A stretch of 63,915 nucleotides of DNA, the filler included. It is 9 parts of 9 records of this genome, joined end to end, with 100 filler letters (N's around TTAATTAATTAA, not from the genome) between each part and the next. Parts side by side here need not be neighbours in the genome. Positions count along the whole stretch, not along the records: positions 55,677 to 63,915 come from SRR7504441_6344; 8 more parts are not named here. One strand, written 5' to 3'. The notes beneath the pieces are model-generated. The model ran no database searches and was not told the DNA's origin. It was given only the letters and a program-made list of their open reading frames with translations. Position 1 is the first letter of the stretch. Each line of letters starts with the position of its first letter. Positions 56,208 through 63,915 of the stretch are shown one piece after another. Position numbers and translations under genes: made by a program.

Positions 56208-57590
56208 CTACTCGCTAGGTTTCTTCCGGAACGCTTTTGGTCTGCTCGATTTTGGCTTTTTAAACTGCACTTGGGGCGCATCGTCCGACAGTTGTTGCGC
56301 TAGTCCGGCGAGCACTGCCTTGTCCACCACGTCCACCAGCAACGGATCCTCTTCCTTCTGCGGCCGGCGCTCGCCCAGGGCAGGGGCGGGGCAGCCACCC
56401 GGCGGCTGATCACAATCCCAGCCTTCTCCTGCTCTAGCTTCCGCTTGTTCACCTTGGGTTCGACCGGCTTCTGCACCGCGCCAGTTAGCCTCGCGCTGCG
56501 GGCAGGGCACGTGGTCGACGTCCTGGCCGGTCTCCACGTCCCTGACCACGGTCTGCCACTTGCCCATCCCTGTGTTCTTATCGCAGTTCTCGGCCACCTC
56601 AGGCTCGTACCGCATCGGGGCTTCCTGAGCCTTGAGCTTCTCTATGTAAACATCGGCCTCGGTCTTGGGCTTGTTCCACTTTTCGGCGATCGAGAGCACC
56701 TGCCGCCCTCTCTCGCCCGCCAGCTCCTTGACTGTAGTATTAGGATAGTATAGTATGATGAATATAGCCGCCAGCACCTTAACCCGATCGTCGTCGTTGG
56801 GCACCTCCTCCTCCACTTGCTGATTCAGGTTGGTGGGCACCTGCCGCCCGCTACCCCCCCACCCCCACCGAAGCTCACCCGCCCCGCGAACCCCGGCGGC
56901 AGCCCCGCGCCATCGCACACAGTGTCGGCCGCCTGGTTCGCGCGAGCCATCCGCTGCGCCAGCTCAGCCCCGGCCCCGCCCGCCGGCACCTGTGCGGCCG
57001 CCTGGTGTGCCCGCTCAACAAACCGCGCCCTGCGGCCGCGCTCACGCCGCCCCCGGCCCGGCCGCACCGCTCGTCGTCGTTGAGCAGTCCACTGGCCTCG
57101 GGCAGCGCGTCCCCGCTGGCCAGCCCGCCCCGCGGCTCGTCGGCCCCCTCGGGTGCCTGCCCCGGGCCCCAGCCCTTGGCGTCCCGCCGGTCGTTGTACA
57201 TTGCAGTCCGGGCCGCCTTGTCGATCGCGCGGAGCTCTTTCTGCAGCTCGCGCTCCTCGAACGCCTCCTGCCCCGCACGGCTCGGCCCAGCAACAGCCCG
57301 GCCCAGCGCCTGCTCCTTCTTCTTGCGGCTGAGGTGCATCCGCTTCTTGGTCTGGGCGAGGGTCACGAGGCCGCCGGGCGGGGGCGGACCATGTTCTTGT
57401 GCTGGTCGCCCGCCTCGTGCTTGAGCCGCGACTGGCCGCCCGCTGGCCCGGGGGCGGCGGCCCAATCGCACCATGGGGGTGTCCACCACCCATCGGTCGC
57501 AGACGTCGCAGTGATACTTCTTGGTGCTCACCCAGTAGTCCGTCCTACCCCCGCCAGCTCAAGCACACTGGCCGCCCGGCGTACTCACAT
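56208..57590 (-). CDS. U1-type (matrin) zinc-finger protein, WBP4/FBP21-like, multi-exon
   Basis: The spliced N-terminus is MTDYWVSTKKYHCDVCDRWV.DT..SRLKHE.G..HK. It also has ELRAIDKAA, a TGMGKWQTV motif and a basic tail (VQFKK..AFRKK). About 7 short introns. Confidence 0.8.
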
Positions 57591-57780
57591 CGTGAGCTGC
57601 TGATTCCGTTATCCGTGATGATTGTGTCCGTACAAGGTTACTGCGTACGCATAGGTGCTCGAGGTGCTTCAGCTTATCACAGCAAGTCCTGACTGAAACT
57701 ATTTTATATACGTATCAATTATCGTGAGATCATGATTAGTCGCTTTAATCACGGTGTCCACGAGCTCACGAGCTTATTGA

Positions 57781-58841
57781 TCAGGGTTCATGGCTCTTCC
57801 GCCGGGAGTTTGTCTTCAACTGCACAGCGTTCTCCACGAACATTAGATCGCGCTCTATTGCTACTTTGGTCTCTTGCTGGTCTTGTAGCTTGCGCTCTCT
57901 CGCCTTGTACAAAGCTCGCGCTTCCTTGCTTGAGCTCGAATCTGCTGCTTGTTGTACCGAACTCTTCTTCAACTCCGCCAGGCTTTGGTCCGCACGCTGC
58001 TGCTCGGCCTGCAAAAGCTCCAGCAAAAGCTCCAGCGTCCCAAGCTGTTCGCGATCGTTGGCCCAATGGAACGAAGCTCGACCGCAGCGATTTCTGACCC
58101 TCAACTGGGCACCTCGCTCAACTAACCACCTAAGCAACGGCCTATTTCCTGCTGCTGCAACGTAGTGCACTAGCGTGCAACCTTTGGCATCGAGGCAGTC
58201 GGCGGAGCAATACGTTGGAATCAGGGCCTCGAGCAGCTGTTGGTGATCGAGCATGGCGGCTATATGAACAGGCGTTTGTCCTTGGGTGTCAAAGTGCCTG
58301 AGCTCCATCTTACATTCCACGATCAGAAACTTCACGCCGGCTACATGCGCCTCCGACCATCTGGGCCGGTGTGACGAATCAGGTGGGGCTGTTCCTCCAT
58401 CTTAATCCGCACTTGTCTAAGCTCCCCTTCCGCGCATGCAATAAAAAGGGTCTGAGAGTCGTAATCGAGCTGCTTTTTTAGCTTCTCTTGGCGCTGTACC
58501 TGTTCTTCGGTGTCCAACGCCTGCTGCCTTTGCCGCTCAGCCAGAGTGAGCTCGTCCAGTTCGCCCTGCCAATCCACCACCACCGTGCACTCGGGCACCT
58601 GCCCAGTCTGCGGCCCGGTGGCACTCTGCCGCACCCCGTCCCGGATCAGCGCCGCGTTGGAGAGTGACAGGTTGGGCCTGGGCCGGTGCCCCCTGGGCGG
58701 CAGTGGGGTCTTCACGTGCTGGCACGGCCCAGCCTGCTCGCCCATCGGGGCCCCCTCCAGCGTGCCCGGTTTGGGTGTCAGCTGGCTGGCTGTTGCGATG
58801 CCGCCCCCCGGCAGGCGGCGACTGTCGGTGTTGGCGGCCAT
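57781..58841 (-). CDS. Ankyrin-repeat protein with C-terminal coiled coil; frame break near 58350
   Basis: LFIACAEG, GQTPVHIAAMLDH, GCTLVHYVAAAGN and GRASFHWA. The two ORFs (58341-58994 and 57781-58335) are out of frame with no plausible intron. Start uncertain (58841 or 58745). Confidence 0.75.
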
Positions 58842-58872
58842 ACCGGTGGAGCCCGCCCCGGCCCGGCTATCG

Positions 58873-60640
58873 ATGCCGGAGCTCTCGGAGCTGACCAGCG
58901 AGCCGCCGCCTCGCTCGCTGCCGGAGTTGGGCCAGATGCTCCACAGGCTGGGGGCCCCACAAGGCGGGGTGGCTGGGCTGCTGGCGGGCCTCAAGCAGGC
59001 GCTCGGCTCGCCGGAGGCCCAGGCAGGCTTCGTCGAGCGGACCCTGCCCCAGATGCTCCAGGCAGCGGCCAGCCTCCCCGCCGAGCTCCCCAGGCTGCCC
59101 CAGCGCTCCCCAGCAGTCTATACTGGGGTGAGTCACGCATTCTATCTATTCTGCGCCCTGAGTCTGTGCAGGCTGAAAGACTACAGTACACCCAGCAAGC
59201 AATTCGCAGGGAGACACTCAAGGCTTCTGTGGCATACTCAGACTTGGATTGCGCCGTCGTGTGTGTCCGGCCCGGAGTCGGACTGGATATCCGACTAAAA
59301 GCTGTGGTACATTGGCTCGCAGCCGCTGCACACGGACAGGAGCTCCGTTGGCATGCCACATCGGAGCCAGAGCTGCTTGTTGGATGGGACTTGGAGGCAA
59401 CTTCTCGCCTATTGGCTGAGCATAAGGCCTCAGTCGGACTTGTTTGGGAGTGGCTGATGCAGTACAGCAAACTAGCCCCAGGTGGCGGTGCAGTGGCTTT
59501 TGTGAAGGCGAACGCTTTGAGCCAGTTTGGAGCAGTAGAGTATGGAAGCTTGACCCACGGGCACACCCCGGCCCAGCAGCGCTTACGAGCAAAATTCATG
59601 ACGGAGCACTCGGGAGCAGTAATCGAGGCCACAAAAGCTGAGCTTTTAGGTCTTGAAACAGAGCTTGAGCATGAGAGGATGGAAATGCAAGAGCTTCAGC
59701 AAGATGTGCTTGCTGCTGAGAAGAGTGCCGCTGCAGCATGTGGGGAGATTAACAAGAGCAAAAAGAATTTTGCAAGATTCTCTGAGGCTGCTCAGATTAC
59801 TGCTGGACTACTCGAGGAGGCTGAAGACGAGTTATCTGATGCTCAACTGGTTTTAATACAAAAGCAAGAACAGGTCAGTGCGGCCAAGGATGCAAAGAAG
59901 CAAGCTATCAGCGCTGCGGGCCGTGCTGACTCTGAACACGAGGCTTCAAAGCAATTGACCAAAGCTAAGAGCCTGGATTATGCTGAAACTTTACAGGGTG
60001 TGAAACATGCCTCGCTCCATCACGAAAGAAAGCACGCTGAACATCAAATGGCTGTTGAGAATCCTGTGGGTCTTTCTAGATATGCTATTGAGCAGCTGAA
60101 AGATGAGGCAGCATCATCAACAGTTACGCTTCAAGCTGCTGAAAAAGCCGCAGAGCTTGCAAAGCAAAAGCAGGAAGAAGCAGAGCTGCCCACCAAGATG
60201 CCATGGCAGCTGTCCGGAGAGCACGCCAGAAGCAATCAGAAGTTCTACGTGAGGAACTCCGCACTGCACGCCAGAGTGCCCAACCCTTGTTTGTCCGTTT
60301 GGAAGGCCTCCTCAAATCGAAACCAAGCTCAGGACTAGATGTTGCGGTAAAATGGCCGATCGACAAAGTTTCTAGTCAATTGCCTGATGCAATTCTGTCT
60401 AAGCCTGCCCACGCAGTATGGACAGTAGAAGCAGTCGTTGGTTTGGCACGAGCTGTACAGTACTGTCAGGGGCAGCAGATATGGAACCGCCAAACTATTT
60501 TCTCAGGGTGTGCAGACAGTAACTGGTTCCAGCCAGGATATGCTAGGGAGTCCAAGCATCTTACAAGAAAGTGGAGGGAGTTGGTCGAGTGTGGATGGGA
60601 CTGTGCTGTCGAGTTGGAGAACCAATGGAAAGAGCACTGA
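58873..60640 (+). CDS. Protein with degenerate PARG-like N-terminal region and long coiled coil; frameshift near 60185
   Basis: FVERTLPQMLQAAASLP and DIRLKAVVHWLAAA..GQELRW resemble the flanks of poly(ADP-ribose) glycohydrolase. Intron at 59128-59171. The coiled coil continues in another frame after about 60185. Confidence 0.55.
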
Positions 60641-61050
60641 CTAGCACTGACTACTGAATTCTTCTTGAGATCTTGATCTTCATAATTATGTTCGTAACTT
60701 TGAGGCGCGTAGCGCTGAACCCTACTTCAGATCCAGGCGCGTTTATAGATAATATTCGGTCAGAATAGCTAAAGTGTTGGCCGATTCAAACCCAGCGGAG
60801 CCCTCTCCCACGGGTCTTGCGCGAATCAAAAGTTTAAATAGTTACAAGTAACTAGTCTATTAATTAATACACCAATTGAAAGGAATTCGAAGTCATGAAT
60901 ACAAACATAATTTTACTCAGAAACTCACTTAGGTCACATGAACCAGGAGAACTGGGAATCGGAGGATGTGCTTCGTGAACGTAAAACTAACGTAAAACCC
61001 GCGCGTGTCACTGTGGTCAGCTTGTACGGTGTGTCAGCTCATCTCTTTCT

Positions 61051-63915
61051 TTATTTATCTCCAGGCTTGATGCCGAGCTGCTCCTTTGCAAGTTGCATCG
61101 CCCGCACCGCAGCCTGGTTAGCCGGCATCCCTTGGCTGGTCAGCTCGCCAAATATTTGCTTGATTCTTGCTCTCAGCTGATCCTGCACTTGCTCCTTAGC
61201 GGGAGCCGGATTCATCTCAGCGTGCGCAATCTTCATCGCCTGTACTGCTGCCTCGTTGGGCGCGGTCCCGTTAGCGCACAGCTCGGCGTGCAGCTGCTTG
61301 ACACGAGCCCGGAGCGCGGCCTTGCTCTTTTCCTCCGCCGACTGCTCCACCGCCAGGCTCAGCTTGATCGCCTCCTCGAGCTCTAGGTCGGGCGCCTCCA
61401 CAGCCTCGACAACTGGCGGTGAGAGCGACAGCTCGAGCGCTGCAGCAAGCTCTGGGTCGATCTCAGGCTCATCGACGGCCATTTCGGGTGTGCGCTGGAC
61501 TGGGTTGGCTGGGGCCTGGGCCAGGATGGCGGGGTCCGGCTCGGCTGGGCTATCGGCCAGTGGGCTGATCGGAATGGACAAATGCAAGTTGGCCCCTGGC
61601 ATGCTGAACCCTGCGGCCTCTGCAGGCAGCTCCTGCGCCGCGAACGAGTACCCGCACTTTGAGGCGCCCGAGGCGAAGGCGAGCGCGAGCAGCACCTGGC
61701 GGGAGTGCGGCTGAATGCACGAGATGCTCATCAGGTCGCCGTGTGCTGTCACGCACCCGACGCTCTCGGAGCAGTCGGCCTGGATCACCACCGGCCGGTC
61801 GCTGTTGTTCTGGGCGCAGTAGGTGAGCCCCTCCCCCTCTTCCACCAGCCAGGTGAGCACCCCGCCCACTGGGCGCGGTCTGGCCATCTTGGCTGCCCCG
61901 TCGAGCAGCGCGCACGCCACAGTCGGCCAGCTCGCGTCGTGTCGGACCAGGGTTATTGGGAGGCTGCTGTGCACCGCGAGCACCGCCCGGCGCGGGCTGG
62001 GCGTGTGCATCTGGTTGAGGCAGATCGGCTGCACAATGTACCCGAACCCTGGCTCCAGGATGCACTCTCCCCCGCACAGGTCGCCCCGGGTCCTCCGTAG
62101 GTAAGCCACGCACTCATACGCGGGCGGCCCGTCCGATCGCTGCTGCGGGCCACGCTGCCGGAGCACGGCGAGCCCGATGTCCACGTTGGCCGAGGCGTTG
62201 CCCTGGGCGCTCTCGCGGACGATGTGCTTCTCCTGCCATAGGGCCAGGTCTATCTGGGTGCGCTGGGTCACGGTGAGCTCAAAGCTCTGCCCGGGCCCGA
62301 CCTGCGACGGGAGCCACACCGGCATCCGGGTCTCGCACCAGCCGCTGTGCACTCGGCAGACCTCCAGCGCGGTGAAGTACTCCTTGACGTCGCTCAGCCG
62401 CATCCAGAAAATGGACATCTGGTCGTACATGGCCACCCCGGCCTGATTGGCCACCCCCAGCTCAATCTTGAGCCTGTCGGTCCACAGAGCTGAATCGCGG
62501 CCCCAGGCGCCCTTCCAGGTGCGCGGGGCGTTCTCGCCCCACGGGTTGCGCACCTGCACCAGCCGCTCCTGCCGGCCGTCCACCTGCACTTCGCGCACAT
62601 CGAGCACTCCGTACGCGTGCGGCGCCTGCAGCCCCATTTCTTCGACGATGTGATCCTTGCTCTTCTCGCACCCCTCGGCGATGCAGCCCATTCCCATCAG
62701 GTAGCCGGCCTCTCTATACGAGAGCATCTTGCTCCAGAGCAGGTCGTCGTTCGGGTCGTCCTCCTCCTGCTCCAGCCCGTCCAGCGCGAGCCCCTTGATC
62801 AGCCGCTCGGTCCGCTCTTGGATTCGCTCGGCCCGGCGCTGCTCACGCCGCTCCCGGACTTGCCGGGGGACGTACAGCTCGATCCGCTCGGTCGGGCAGC
62901 CGGTGAACAGCTGGAGCGCCTCCGAGAAGGTGCCCGATACCAGCCCGCCATAGCTCCCGTAAAGCTTGGCCGAGGCCTTCTCAAGCAGAGGCACCCAGAG
63001 CTGCCGGCGGGCCGACTGCAGGTACGAGAGCGACCCGCCCCGGCTGTAGTGGATCATCTGGCCGTTGAGGAAGCCCTCGAAGATCTTGGAGGAAGGGAAG
63101 AGGTCGTCCACCAGCACGCCCTTCCACTGGCCCGCGTGGTGCAGTCGGATCTGGTACGCCCCGTTCGGGTTAAACCGCTGGGTCACAAACAGCCGCCGGA
63201 TCAGCTCCGGCCGGCCGGCTACTACGGAGAGCGCCCCGGCGAACCAGCAGTTGCCTATGGCGCCCTGGCACACGTCCTCTGGCCGGGCAGCCTCCCGGAT
63301 CAGCTCCCAGCTGGCCCCGACTGTGGTCTGGGCCACCTGGTCCCGGAGGAAGTGGGTGCACATCCGGGTGACCAGCTCGGCCCCCTGGGGCATGTGCCCG
63401 TAGATCATCTCGCAACCGGCGCACCGCGTGCCCGGCCGACGCCACTGGGTGGGCCGGTTGACGAAGGCCGTCTTGGCGATGTTGGGGGCCGCGCTGCCGC
63501 AGTTCTGGCAGCAGAGCTGGTCGAGCTGGCTGTTGAGCGTGTCCAGCTCGGCCTGCGAAGTGGGCAGGTCCGGCACCGGCGGTAGCGGATTCCGGTGGCT
63601 GCAGAGCATGCACCTCCAGGAGGAAGCGTCCTCGGCCCGTATGTACAGCGACCGGTCCGTCGGCGGGAATTGGGGGTCCACGTACGGCTCGCCGGCCGCC
63701 TGGCAGTAGGCGTTGATCGCCTCCACCGCCGACTCGTCGATCAGCACGGCTTCGGCGTCAAATCGTTCGAATTCGACTGCCACAGGCTCGGCCGGCTCCT
63801 CCTGCTGGAGAGAGAGGGCCAGGGCGGCGGCCAGATCCGGGTTGTCCTCTTGGTCCGGCTGCTGGAGTGAGAGCTCGAGCGCCGCCGCCAGATCTGGGTC
63901 CTCCGGCTCCTCCAG
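61051..63915 (-). CDS. Calpain-family cysteine protease (SOL/calpain-15-like) with UIMs and Zn-ribbon insertion, 5' truncated
   Basis: YVDPQFPP, QGAIGNCWF (Cys), LWVPLLEKA.AKLYGSY, HAYGVL (His) and VRNPWG (Asn). UIM-like DPDLAAALELSL occurs twice at the N-terminus and twice near the C-terminus. The frame is open to the window edge. Confidence 0.93.
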   Translation of the reverse strand: MEEPEDPDLAAALELSLQQPDQEDNPDLAAALALSLQQEEPAEPVAVEFERFDAEAVLIDESAVEAINAYCQAAGEPYVDPQFPPTDRSLYIRAEDASSWRCMLCSHRNPLPPVPDLPTSQAELDTLNSQLDQLCCQNCGSAAPNIAKTAFVNRPTQWRRPGTRCAGCEMIYGHMPQGAELVTRMCTHFLRDQVAQTTVGASWELIREAARPEDVCQGAIGNCWFAGALSVVAGRPELIRRLFVTQRFNPNGAYQIRLHHAGQWKGVLVDDLFPSSKIFEGFLNGQMIHYSRGGSLSYLQSARRQLWVPLLEKASAKLYGSYGGLVSGTFSEALQLFTGCPTERIELYVPRQVRERREQRRAERIQERTERLIKGLALDGLEQEEDDPNDDLLWSKMLSYREAGYLMGMGCIAEGCEKSKDHIVEEMGLQAPHAYGVLDVREVQVDGRQERLVQVRNPWGENAPRTWKGAWGRDSALWTDRLKIELGVANQAGVAMYDQMSIFWMRLSDVKEYFTALEVCRVHSGWCETRMPVWLPSQVGPGQSFELTVTQRTQIDLALWQEKHIVRESAQGNASANVDIGLAVLRQRGPQQRSDGPPAYECVAYLRRTRGDLCGGECILEPGFGYIVQPICLNQMHTPSPRRAVLAVHSSLPITLVRHDASWPTVACALLDGAAKMARPRPVGGVLTWLVEEGEGLTYCAQNNSDRPVVIQADCSESVGCVTAHGDLMSISCIQPHSRQVLLALAFASGASKCGYSFAAQELPAEAAGFSMPGANLHLSIPISPLADSPAEPDPAILAQAPANPVQRTPEMAVDEPEIDPELAAALELSLSPPVVEAVEAPDLELEEAIKLSLAVEQSAEEKSKAALRARVKQLHAELCANGTAPNEAAVQAMKIAHAEMNPAPAKEQVQDQLRARIKQIFGELTSQGMPANQAAVRAMQLAKEQLGIKPGDK

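Noticed and set aside
1636-59171. Short introns as an introner (transposon-derived) family
   Set aside because: I saw no shared internal sequence, terminal inverted repeats or consistent target-site duplications among the introns.
1-63915. Prokaryotic operons, CRISPR arrays, rRNA or tRNA genes
   Set aside because: Spliceosomal introns and eukaryote-specific genes (kinesin, actin family, cathepsin C) are present throughout. I recognised no repeat-spacer array or structural RNA by eye.

Overview
This is a compact, GC-rich eukaryotic (protist) genome. The window is nine unrelated contigs joined by artificial 100-nt linkers (N44-TTAATTAATTAA-N44), so gene adjacency means something only within a contig. 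About 30 protein genes are recognisable, and most are split by very short spliceosomal introns (about 34-54 nt) that the six-frame ORF track cannot join. Roughly one in five of the introns I reconstructed uses a GC donor with no GCAAGT consensus, and the acceptors are G-rich rather than pyrimidine-rich. Genes sit mostly in head-to-head pairs about 30-210 bp apart. Convergent ends are separated by AT-rich spacers containing micro-duplications and TACATGTA palindromes. The most notable proteins are: a multi-domain RNA end-repair protein (R3H, MJ1316, two 2H phosphoesterases, HAD, nucleotidyltransferase); a membrane-anchored kinase with three TIR domains; a homeodomain/TFIIS-N/RVxF/CCCH PNUTS-LD-like protein; a cathepsin C with a long helical C-terminal extension; a UIM-bearing calpain; and two giant secreted mosaic proteins. 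The many secreted or lysosomal hydrolases suggest a phagotroph (inference), and the lineage cannot be fixed from this window. All domain calls are motif recognition by eye and all exon structures are manual; no searches were run. I recognised no rRNA, tRNA, CRISPR array or intact mobile element.
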